A stretch of DNA of 61,457 nucleotides, the filler included. It is 6 parts of 6 records of this genome, joined end to end, with 100 filler letters (N's around TTAATTAATTAA, not from the genome) between each part and the next. Parts side by side here need not be neighbours in the genome. Positions count along the whole stretch, not along the records: positions 1 to 6,267 come from SRR31156797_29382; positions 6,368 to 16,033 come from SRR31156797_29401; 4 more parts are not named here. The stretch is one strand, 5' to 3'. Made by a program: the position numbers and the translations under genes. Of the stretch, positions 1-8,350 are shown piece after piece (the stretch's first letter is position 1; each line of letters begins with the position of its first letter). The notes under the pieces were generated by a model that was not told where the DNA came from, did not search any database, and saw only the letters and a list, made by a program, of their open reading frames with translations.

Positions 1-1
1 A

Positions 2-220
2 ACTTGCCCGGAAGAAGCAATCTATCTGGAAACTTCGGGTGATTATGATCCTGAAATTTTGAGTGACAAATGTACTACTTGTGGTAATTGCTATACAGCA
101 TGTACCGAACAAAATGCCATTGAAAGAACTACTTCATCCGTTCAAATTGACCAGGATAATTGTATGAAATGCAACAAATGTTTCGACATTTGCCAATACA
201 ACGCTGTAATAAATGGCTAA
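2..220 (+). CDS. 4Fe-4S dicluster (polyferredoxin-like) protein, 5'-truncated
   Basis: Manual translation of frame 2: TCPEEAI...KCTTCGNCYTACTE...NCMKCNKCFDICQYNAVING*; two CxxCxxCxxxC motifs plus the tail of a third. Not in the ORF track. Confidence 0.85.
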   Translation, partial: TCPEEAIYLETSGDYDPEILSDKCTTCGNCYTACTEQNAIERTTSSVQIDQDNCMKCNKCFDICQYNAVING

Positions 221-259
221 ACAAAAATCCCTTCGCCAAAACGAAGGGATTTTTGTTTA
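218..259. terminator. Bidirectional intrinsic terminator
   Basis: Perfect 18-bp inverted repeat TAAACAAAAATCCCTTCG-N6-CGAAGGGATTTTTGTTTA between convergent genes. Confidence 0.85.
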
Positions 260-281
260 ATTATATCCTTTTACTGCAGAA

Positions 282-764
282 CTACTGGTTACGGTATTCT
301 GCAATTATCTTTTTCACATCGGTTGGAGCAACACGACCAAACACTTTCTCGCCAACCGTAACTACAGGAGCTAATCCACATGCGCCAACACAACGCAAGC
401 AGTTTATCGAGAATTTACCATCTTCGGTTGACTCGCCAACTTCTACTTTTAACTGGCGTTTAAATTCATTCAAAACCTGCTCGGCACCACGCACATAACA
501 CGCCGTACCCATACAAATCGAAATAGGATTTTCGCCTTTCGGAATCATGGTAAAGAAGCTGTAAAAGGTAACAACTCCATAAACTTTGGCCACCGAACTG
601 TTTAAACCTTTAGCTACCACTTCTTGCACCTCTGCTGGTAAATACCCCAGTTTCCCCTGTACTTTGTGAAGTACATTTATCAATTCGCTTTCTTTATTCT
701 CAAACTCTGCACAGATATCAAGAATGAGTTGTATCGTATTTTCTGCTAATTTAATTTTTGGCAT
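282..764 (-). CDS. hndA: [FeFe]-hydrogenase NuoE-like 2Fe-2S subunit (HndA/HydC)
   Basis: CMGTAC...CVGACGLAP motif; last gene of the hydrogenase operon. Confidence 0.9.
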   Translation of the reverse strand: MPKIKLAENTIQLILDICAEFENKESELINVLHKVQGKLGYLPAEVQEVVAKGLNSSVAKVYGVVTFYSFFTMIPKGENPISICMGTACYVRGAEQVLNEFKRQLKVEVGESTEDGKFSINCLRCVGACGLAPVVTVGEKVFGRVAPTDVKKIIAEYRNQ

Positions 765-813
765 TTTTTTTACTTTTTAAAAGTTAAGCATTAAAAATTC
801 TCACATTCTTTCA

Positions 814-2565
814 CTAGGTCCTGTCGAAATATTTCGTGTGCAATAAATGATGCGCTTTCTCGCTCATCGGTTCCCCAAGGAACTTTTCGTACAACTCTAC
901 GATATATGGATTCTCATGCGACTTACGAATCGTTTTGTTTTTATCCTCAGTATAAATTGCCATTTGACGTTTTTTCAGGATGCTTGCATCACCATGATGG
1001 TATGGCTGACCACCACCACCAATACATCCTCCCGGACAACTCATAATCTCAATCGCATGGAACTCTGATTTTCCGGCTTGGATATCTTCCAATAATTTAC
1101 GAGCATTACCCAAACCATGCGCAATACCAATCTTAATTGGCAAGCCATCAAAATCGATGGTTGCCTGACGTATGCCTTCCATACCACGAAGTTCATCAAA
1201 ATCTACTCGCGGAAGTTCTTTTTTGGTGTGTACCTCATAAGCTGTACGTACTGCAGCCTCAATTACACCACCGGTAGTACCAAAAATTACTGCTGCTCCT
1301 GTTGATTCTCCCAACGGATTATCATAGTCTTCATTTGGCAATACATTAAAATCAATGTTAGATAGCTTGATTAAAGCAGCCAATTCTCGTGTTGTAATTG
1401 CATGATCAACATCCGGATTGTCGTTTGTTTTAAATTCATCGCGGCCACATTCGTATTTCTTAGCCACACAAGGCATAATTGAAACCACCACCAAATCTTC
1501 CCGTTTAATACCCAGCTTATCAGCAAAATATGTTTTGGCAATTGAACCAAACATTTGTTGAGGAGAACGCGCTGTTGAAGGAATTTCCTTCATTTCAGGA
1601 AATTGGTGTTCAAAGAATTTTACCCATGCAGGACAACATGATGTTAGAATTGGAAGTTTGACATCTTTATCTCCCTGAAGGTGTTTTCCCAAACGGTTTA
1701 ATAGCTCTGTTCCTTCTTCCATAATGGTAAGGTCGGCAGCGAAATCGGTATCAAAAACATGATCGAAACCTAAACGACGAAGCGCCGAAACCAATTTGCC
1801 CGTTACCAACGAACCAGCCTCCATGCCAAACTCTTCTCCCAGAGCTGCACGTACTGCCGGTGCAGTTTGTACAATAACTGTTTTCGTCGGATCGGATAGT
1901 GCCCGGATTACCTTACCGGTTTCATCAACTTCGGTTAAAGCTCCGGTAGGACAAACAGCTACACATTGTCCGCAGTAGGTACAAACAGAGTGATCAAGGT
2001 TCATTTCGAATGCCGGTGAAACAACCGATTCGAAACCACGGTTTATGGCAGAAAGCACTCCAACTGTTTGTACTTCGTTACACATGGTTTCGCAGCGGCG
2101 ACACATAATACATTTGTCTACCTCGCGAATAATAGCCGGAGAGGTATCTTCACGGTAAGTTGATTGTTCTCCTTTATAATGAATCTCCCTAATCCCCAGA
2201 TTATGAGCCAGATCCTGCAAGTCGCAGTTCCCCGATTTAGCACAAATTAAACAATCGAATGGGTGATCTGATAAAATCAACTCCATTACAGTGCGACGGG
2301 CATTGATTACACGCATTGAGTGTGTATTTATTTGCATGCCTTCGCTTACATCAGTGCAACAAGCTGGTGCCAGATTACGGCGACCTTCAACTTCAACAAC
2401 ACAAATGCGGCAACCGCCAGGTTTATTTTCAATGTTAAGGTCATCAAGTTTCATGTGGCAAAGTGTTGGAATATGAAAACCAACGCTTGATGCCGCTTCC
2501 AGAATTGTAGTTCCTTTTTTTACTACAACCGGTTTATTATCTATAGTAAGATTAACTGTATCCAT
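814..2565 (-). CDS. hndD: Group A [FeFe]-hydrogenase catalytic subunit (HndD/HydA)
   Basis: H-cluster motifs TSCCPAW, MPCVAKKYE, EIMSCPGGCIGGGGQP; N-terminal 2Fe-2S, His-ligated 4Fe-4S and 2x4Fe-4S domains. Confidence 0.95.
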   Translation of the reverse strand: MDTVNLTIDNKPVVVKKGTTILEAASSVGFHIPTLCHMKLDDLNIENKPGGCRICVVEVEGRRNLAPACCTDVSEGMQINTHSMRVINARRTVMELILSDHPFDCLICAKSGNCDLQDLAHNLGIREIHYKGEQSTYREDTSPAIIREVDKCIMCRRCETMCNEVQTVGVLSAINRGFESVVSPAFEMNLDHSVCTYCGQCVAVCPTGALTEVDETGKVIRALSDPTKTVIVQTAPAVRAALGEEFGMEAGSLVTGKLVSALRRLGFDHVFDTDFAADLTIMEEGTELLNRLGKHLQGDKDVKLPILTSCCPAWVKFFEHQFPEMKEIPSTARSPQQMFGSIAKTYFADKLGIKREDLVVVSIMPCVAKKYECGRDEFKTNDNPDVDHAITTRELAALIKLSNIDFNVLPNEDYDNPLGESTGAAVIFGTTGGVIEAAVRTAYEVHTKKELPRVDFDELRGMEGIRQATIDFDGLPIKIGIAHGLGNARKLLEDIQAGKSEFHAIEIMSCPGGCIGGGGQPYHHGDASILKKRQMAIYTEDKNKTIRKSHENPYIVELYEKFLGEPMSEKAHHLLHTKYFDRT

Positions 2566-2581
2566 AATTTCAAATCTCAGA

Positions 2582-4375
2582 TTAGGTTAGGCTAATAGCA
2601 TGGAACTTACATTTCTCGTAACAAATTCCACATTTAATACACAGGGTTTGATCGATAAAGTGCGGTGCACGACGTTCGCCAGAAATCGCTCCTACCGGGC
2701 AGTTGCGGAAACACAATGTACACCCGGTACATGCATCCTCAATAATATCGTAACGTAATAAAGACTTACATTGACCGGCCGGACATTTTCCATTAACCAC
2801 GTGCGCGTTGTATTCGTCTTCGAAATTTGCAATGGTTGATAAAACCGGATTAGGCGAAGTCTGCCCCAAACCACAAAGTGCTGTATCTTTAATAACCACA
2901 CTCAATTCTTTCAATCTTTCAACATCCTCAACTTCACCTTTTCCTTCGGTAATTTTGTCAAGAATCTCGTACAAACGTTTGTTTCCTACACGGCATGGAG
3001 TACATTTTCCACACGATTCTTCGAGGGTAAAATCCAAATAAAATTTGGCGATTGAAACCATACAGTCATCCTCGTCCATCACAATCATACCGCCTGAACC
3101 CATCATCGAACCTGACGATAACAAGTTATCGTAGTCAATTGGAATATCAAGAGACTCTTTGGTTAAACAGCCACCTGATGGTCCTCCTGTTTGCACGGCT
3201 TTAAATTCTTTCCCGTCTTTGATACCGCCACCAATGTCGTAGATTACTTCTCGCAAAGTTGTACCCATTGGCACCTCTATCAAACCAACATTGTTGATTT
3301 TTCCTGCAAGTGCAAAAACTTTTGTTCCTTTTGATTTTTCGGAACCAATGCCGCTAAACCAATCCGCACCTTTGTTTATTATTACAGGAATATTTGCAAA
3401 AGTTTCAACGTTGTTAACGTTTGTTGGTTTGCCCATATACCCCGACACAGATGGAAAAGGTGGTTTAAATGTTGGTTCTCCACGCAATCCTTCCATCGAA
3501 TGAATTAATGCTGTTTCCTCGCCACAAACAAAAGCTCCGGCACCATAACGCAACTCAATTTTAAAATTGAAGCCCGAACCTAAAATATCATCACCAATCA
3601 GTCCATATTCTTCAGCTTGTTTGATGGCAATTTTTAAGCGCTCAATAGCCAACGGGTATTCAGCACGTATATAAATTAAGCCGTTATCGGCACCAATACA
3701 GTACCCACAAATAGCCATGGCCTCCAATACCGAATGAGGATCACCTTCCAGGATCGAGCGATCCATAAAAGCACCGGGATCACCTTCATCGGCATTACAA
3801 ACTACATATTTTTGCTCGTTTTCAACGTTCTTGGTTATTTCCCATTTCAATCCTGTAGGGAAACCACCTCCACCCCTGCCACGAAGTCCAGAGTCTTTAA
3901 CCTCTTTAATTACTTCTTCAGGAGTTAATTCGCTTAAACATTTCCCCATGGCCTGATAGCCATCGCGGGCAATATACTCATCAATATTCTCAGGATTTAT
4001 AAAACCACAGTTTTTCAAAGCAATTCGTATCTGCTTTTTATAAAAATCCATGCCTTTTGAATCGCTGATTTGTTCGGCAGAAGTAGGATCGGTGTACAGT
4101 AAACGTTCAACCGGGCGTCCTTTCACAATATGTTCCTGAACAATTTCCACAACATCGTCAGGAGTAACCTGAACATAAAAGGTATTGTCGGGAAGTACTT
4201 TTACGATCGGGCCTTTTTCGCAAAAACCAAAACACCCTGTCAGTACAACCTGAACCTCATCCTGCAGGCCAAGTTCTTGCAACAGTTGATCTAATCTATT
4301 CTTTATTTCATCGCTTTCCGATGCCTTGCAACCTGTTCCTCCACAGATTAGCAGATGCATTTTATAGTCAGTCAT
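2582..4375 (-). CDS. hndC: [FeFe]-hydrogenase NuoF-like diaphorase subunit (HndC/HydB)
   Basis: GRGGGGFPTG, NADEGDPGAFMDR, CGEETAL, ESCGKCTPCR and a C-terminal 2x4Fe-4S domain. Confidence 0.93.
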   Translation of the reverse strand: MTDYKMHLLICGGTGCKASESDEIKNRLDQLLQELGLQDEVQVVLTGCFGFCEKGPIVKVLPDNTFYVQVTPDDVVEIVQEHIVKGRPVERLLYTDPTSAEQISDSKGMDFYKKQIRIALKNCGFINPENIDEYIARDGYQAMGKCLSELTPEEVIKEVKDSGLRGRGGGGFPTGLKWEITKNVENEQKYVVCNADEGDPGAFMDRSILEGDPHSVLEAMAICGYCIGADNGLIYIRAEYPLAIERLKIAIKQAEEYGLIGDDILGSGFNFKIELRYGAGAFVCGEETALIHSMEGLRGEPTFKPPFPSVSGYMGKPTNVNNVETFANIPVIINKGADWFSGIGSEKSKGTKVFALAGKINNVGLIEVPMGTTLREVIYDIGGGIKDGKEFKAVQTGGPSGGCLTKESLDIPIDYDNLLSSGSMMGSGGMIVMDEDDCMVSIAKFYLDFTLEESCGKCTPCRVGNKRLYEILDKITEGKGEVEDVERLKELSVVIKDTALCGLGQTSPNPVLSTIANFEDEYNAHVVNGKCPAGQCKSLLRYDIIEDACTGCTLCFRNCPVGAISGERRAPHFIDQTLCIKCGICYEKCKFHAISLT

Positions 4376-4393
4376 AGTTAAAGGTTTAAGGTA

Positions 4394-4789
4394 TTAATCG
4401 TCAATGGTTTTAAAACTTACCGGAATAATTCCATCAACCAATTCGCCACGTTTAATGTAAACATCTATAATCTCACGTGCTTTCTCTTTTTTTACATGTC
4501 CGAAAACCACAGGTTCTTTGTTTGGTAATGTTACTTCAACCGTAGGTTCGGCATAACAATACCCCATACATCCGGTCTGGGTAACCACAGCATCAATTGC
4601 TTCCTGTTCAAGTTCCTCAACAAAATATTTCATGGTTTCTTTTGCACCCGATGCAATACCACAAGTTGCCATTCCAACCTTTATTTGCACCACTTGCTCA
4701 GGGTTGTCGCTGTTTTCCCTAAGTTTGATTTTCGACTGTGCATCTTCTTTCATTTTCCGAAGATCAGCCAAGGATTTAATTTTTGTCAT
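4394..4789 (-). CDS. hndB: Thioredoxin-like 2Fe-2S subunit (HndB/HydD)
   Basis: VGMATCGIASGA...TGCMGYCYAEP; directly upstream of the NuoF-like gene. Confidence 0.88.
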   Translation of the reverse strand: MTKIKSLADLRKMKEDAQSKIKLRENSDNPEQVVQIKVGMATCGIASGAKETMKYFVEELEQEAIDAVVTQTGCMGYCYAEPTVEVTLPNKEPVVFGHVKKEKAREIIDVYIKRGELVDGIIPVSFKTIDD

Positions 4790-4805
4790 ATTGTTTGTTT
4801 GTATA

Positions 4806-5354
4806 TTATTTTATTGCTTTAATTTCTTCCAGGTTATTTCTTATCAAATCAATAATACCGTTTCTTATTTCTTTTTGCTGATACGATACTTCTCCAAGCA
4901 CACCTCTTAGCTCTTCCGAACTTATACTAAACTCTCCCTCGTTGGTTTTATGTTCATATACCAGGTTACCTTCTGTATAACTGAGCAACATCAGGTAATA
5001 ACATTCCCAGATATCACCAAGCGGAGGTCTGTCAATATTAGAAAGCTTAAAGGTTGCCATAAGTTTTGTGCCTTCTTCCAACTTCGAATTTAAAGCGAAA
5101 GTTCCTTCAGAAGCCTCTGCATTTTGTTTTAAAAGGGGTATTCCTAAACCAACTTTTCGGGTTGTTCGCGATGTAAAGAACGGATTTGTTGCCTTTTGAA
5201 CCATTTCGGGGCTCATTCCACAACCATTGTCTCTAATAATCAGAGAACAAAGGTCATTTTTTTTATCTTCTTCAACTATGATTTCAATCAACGTAGCATT
5301 TGCCCTAACCGAGTTCTGGACAATATCCAGTATATGTTCTGAGAGTGTTCTCAT
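4806..5354 (-). CDS. Histidine kinase-like (HATPase_c) ATPase, hydrogenase-associated
   Basis: HILDIVQNS (N box), DNGCGM (G1), NPFFTS (F), GLGIPL (G2); no HisKA or sensor domain. Confidence 0.85.
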   Translation of the reverse strand: MRTLSEHILDIVQNSVRANATLIEIIVEEDKKNDLCSLIIRDNGCGMSPEMVQKATNPFFTSRTTRKVGLGIPLLKQNAEASEGTFALNSKLEEGTKLMATFKLSNIDRPPLGDIWECYYLMLLSYTEGNLVYEHKTNEGEFSISSEELRGVLGEVSYQQKEIRNGIIDLIRNNLEEIKAIK

Positions 5355-6091
5355 ACAACTTCAACAAATCTATTATTCTGCTGATTCAGAGCCATTTTAA
5401 CTTCTGAAAAGCTCAATTTTTCAATATTAAAGGTTGTGAAAGCTGATCCTATTTGGTCTAAAAAATGAGCATCTGAGTTATAAAGTAACGAAATTCTATG
5501 TTCTAAATCATAATGTTTTCGAACATGGTTTTCTGTCGTTCTACCTGTAAATCCCATTGCATCGAATTGCAAATTTTTTGGAATAAAACCAAGATGACTA
5601 AAAAGTCCATTCAAAGGCCGGTTAACATGCGCCGGGATAAAAATTCCACCCAACTCGTATACATATTTCTGTACCGACGATATCCCCTTTTTTATAGCTG
5701 TAGCAAGATAATATGGTACCATCGTTAGAATATTCTCATTTTCATCTACTACCGGCTGATAGCCAAAATGCCCATCTGGGTTCGGAATACGAGTAATATT
5801 TTCCTCTAAATATTTTTGAAACTCCATCAATTCCTCGTCTTTTTCAAAAAAAGCCAGGCAATGCACTTCCTCTTTGGTGGTAACTTCAACTCCTGTTAAT
5901 ACCAGGATCCCTTCTTTTTTTGCCAATTTACGAACAAGTAAGGCATTAAGGGTAGAATTATGATCGGTGATACCAATAATATGCAAACCGGCTGATTTAG
6001 CTTTCTCCACTATCTTTACAGGAGTCATTTCCAAATCAGCACAGGGCGAAAGCACAGTATGAATATGTAAGTCGGCCCTGAACGTTTGCAT
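5351..6091 (-). CDS. PHP-domain phosphoesterase
   Basis: DLHIHT, ITDHN, PAHV and NSDAH metal-binding motifs. Confidence 0.9.
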   Translation of the reverse strand: MQTFRADLHIHTVLSPCADLEMTPVKIVEKAKSAGLHIIGITDHNSTLNALLVRKLAKKEGILVLTGVEVTTKEEVHCLAFFEKDEELMEFQKYLEENITRIPNPDGHFGYQPVVDENENILTMVPYYLATAIKKGISSVQKYVYELGGIFIPAHVNRPLNGLFSHLGFIPKNLQFDAMGFTGRTTENHVRKHYDLEHRISLLYNSDAHFLDQIGSAFTTFNIEKLSFSEVKMALNQQNNRFVEVV

Positions 6092-6095
6092 AGAC

Positions 6096-6266
6096 CTAGT
6101 TTAGTATTGTAAACAATTTCCCGGAGATATAAAAAGTCGACATATCGGTTCCCAATACAGGAATACCTTCTTCGTTGCTATGCTCAATAGTATCTTCGTC
6201 GGGTTCAAAACCTTTTACCAGAATTACTGCGGCCAGGTCTTTTAACGATGCAATTGCCATTACATT
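6096..6266 (-). CDS. DRTGG-domain protein, 5'-truncated
   Basis: Manual translation NVMAIASLKDLAAVILVKGFEPDEDTIEHSNEEGIPVLGTDMSTFYISGKLFTILN*; typical neighbour of these hydrogenase operons. Confidence 0.75.
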   Translation of the reverse strand, partial: NVMAIASLKDLAAVILVKGFEPDEDTIEHSNEEGIPVLGTDMSTFYISGKLFTILN

Positions 6267-6267
6267 C

Positions 6268-6367
6268 NNNNNNNNNNNNNNNNNNNNNNNNNNNNNNNNN
6301 NNNNNNNNNNNTTAATTAATTAANNNNNNNNNNNNNNNNNNNNNNNNNNNNNNNNNNNNNNNNNNNN
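6268..6367. other. Artificial contig spacer
   Basis: N44-TTAATTAATTAA-N44, stops in all six frames. Confidence 0.99.
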
Positions 6368-6935
6368 GCACACGCTCAATATCGGCAGTACGGCTGGCAC
6401 CGGTGATGAATGCGGTGTAGTCACCTTTCATCATGTTGCCTTCCATCCATGATTCGAGATCGTAAGAGTTCTCCACAAGTTTGGACTTGGGCAAAACGGC
6501 TACGTGTACTTCACTGATCATGGTGGCCAGTCTCAATTCTTCACTGGGACAGTTGACTACGATGGTTCCGGTCTCGGCGATGCCGTGGTCGGCATAGGTA
6601 AAAGCGATATCAATACCGCCGAGATGGTTCCGGACGCTGTCTTTAATCATAGTAAAACCATTTTCTTCACACTGCTTTTCCAGCGCAGCGGCTTCTTTCT
6701 TAGCCAGTGCGGGCGCGACGATGGTTTTACCAGTTTTAGTTGCACAGAGTTGCTCAGCCTTGTTGGAGAGATTCTGTTCACAACCGGAAATAAGCATTTT
6801 ACAGGCTTCTTTTTTTCCGCAGAGATCCATTGTGTACTTGTAAGCTTCATCCAGAGAAGAGATCTCTGTCACTACAGCGGACACAAGCTCAGCTTTATCG
6901 GTAAAAAGCTTTACACTTTCAGATTTAGCTGTCAT
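6368..6935 (-). CDS. lutC: Lactate utilization protein, LUD domain (LutC/LldG-like), 3'-truncated
   Basis: GIAETGTIV and FITGASRTADIER motifs; downstream of ackA in the lactate operon. Confidence 0.88.
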
Positions 6936-7109
6936 TTTTCCCCCAAATACGATGGACGATGTTATATAAACATTGTCCGTTAATATTTCCGTAAATTCCG
7001 CCGCATCCCTTCCACAAGACTGGCGGTACAGCCCCTTCCTTTAAGGCTGTTACGGACCGTTTCCTTCAGGCAGTGCTTCTTACATAAAGATGCCTGTCCA
7101 TTCTTCTAA

Positions 7110-7148
7110 CGGGGTGAAGTCTTCCACACTTCACCCCGGTTTTTTTTA
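7110..7148 (+). terminator. Hairpin with T-tract on the + strand, opposite to the operon direction
   Basis: 11-bp stem CGGGGTGAAGT/ACTTCACCCCG followed by GTTTTTTTT. Confidence 0.6.
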
Positions 7149-7159
7149 CAATATATACT

Positions 7160-8350
7160 CTACAGTCCGAGAACTGCTACAGTATCGTTTGCGATTTCGA
7201 GTTCTTCGTTAGTGGCAATGATCGCTACTTTTACAGCACCGTCATCATCACTAATGAAGGAGGGAGTTCTATCCCAATTATCGTTTTTATCTTTGTTGAT
7301 GGTGATGCCGAAGTTTTCGAGGCCGGAGAGGCAATTCTCACGGTAAATTTCGTCGTTTTCACCGATACCTGCGGTGAATACGATGGCATCTACACGGCCC
7401 AGTTCGAATGCGTAGGCACCGATGAACTGACGTACTTTGTGGCAAGCCATGTCCAAAGCGAGTTTAGCTTTTTCGTCGCCTTCTTCGATGCGAGCGTGGA
7501 TGTCACGCAGATCGTTGGAACCGCAGATACCTTTGAGGCCGGACTCGTTGGTAAGAGTAGCAACAACTTCAGCAGCACTCTGCTTGGTTCTTTCAGCGAT
7601 GAAACCTACGATTGCGGGGTCAATGTCACCACAACGGGTTCCCATAATAATACCACCAAGAGGAGTCAGGCCCATGGAAGTGTCGTAGCACTTACCGTTC
7701 TTAACTGCGGAAATGGAAGCTCCGTTACCGAGGTGAACAGTAATAATGTTGGACTCTTCAAGAGGCTTACCCAGGAGTTTAGCAGTTTCACGGGCAACAA
7801 ACTTGTGGGAAGTGCCGTGAGCACCGTATCTTCTGAGGCCCCAGTTTTCGTAGTACTCGTAAGGTACGCCGTACATGTAAGCTTTGGGTTCCATGGTCTG
7901 GTGAAAAGAGGTGTCGAATACGGCAACCTGTCTTACACCGGGAAAGAGTTCCATGGAAGTCTCAATGCCGATAACGTGACCGGGGTTGTGCAGAGGTGCG
8001 AGAGGGATACAATCGCGAATGCCCTGCAGAACTTTATCGTCGATTTCAACAGGCTCGAAGAAGAGCTCGCCACCGTGAACGATGCGGTGACCGATAGCTG
8101 CGATTTCAGCTTTGTCTTTTACAACACCCTTATCTGCATCAGTAAGCAGGTTGATTATTTCAATCATACCTTCCCTGTGAGTGGGGAAAGGCTGTTCGGC
8201 AGTGTATTTTTCACCGGTCTTGTAGCTGATGCTACCCATTTCTTCACCGATACGTTCAACAATACCGGAAGCCAGATCGTCACCGGTGCTCATGTCCAAA
8301 AGCTGGTATTTGATAGAAGAGCTACCAGCGTTAATTACTAAGATTTTCAT
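7160..8350 (-). CDS. ackA: Acetate kinase
   Basis: ILVINAGSSSIKY, GHRIVHGG, APLHNP, FDTSFH, HLGNGAS, FTAGIGEN. Confidence 0.97.
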   Translation of the reverse strand: MKILVINAGSSSIKYQLLDMSTGDDLASGIVERIGEEMGSISYKTGEKYTAEQPFPTHREGMIEIINLLTDADKGVVKDKAEIAAIGHRIVHGGELFFEPVEIDDKVLQGIRDCIPLAPLHNPGHVIGIETSMELFPGVRQVAVFDTSFHQTMEPKAYMYGVPYEYYENWGLRRYGAHGTSHKFVARETAKLLGKPLEESNIITVHLGNGASISAVKNGKCYDTSMGLTPLGGIIMGTRCGDIDPAIVGFIAERTKQSAAEVVATLTNESGLKGICGSNDLRDIHARIEEGDEKAKLALDMACHKVRQFIGAYAFELGRVDAIVFTAGIGENDEIYRENCLSGLENFGITINKDKNDNWDRTPSFISDDDGAVKVAIIATNEELEIANDTVAVLGL

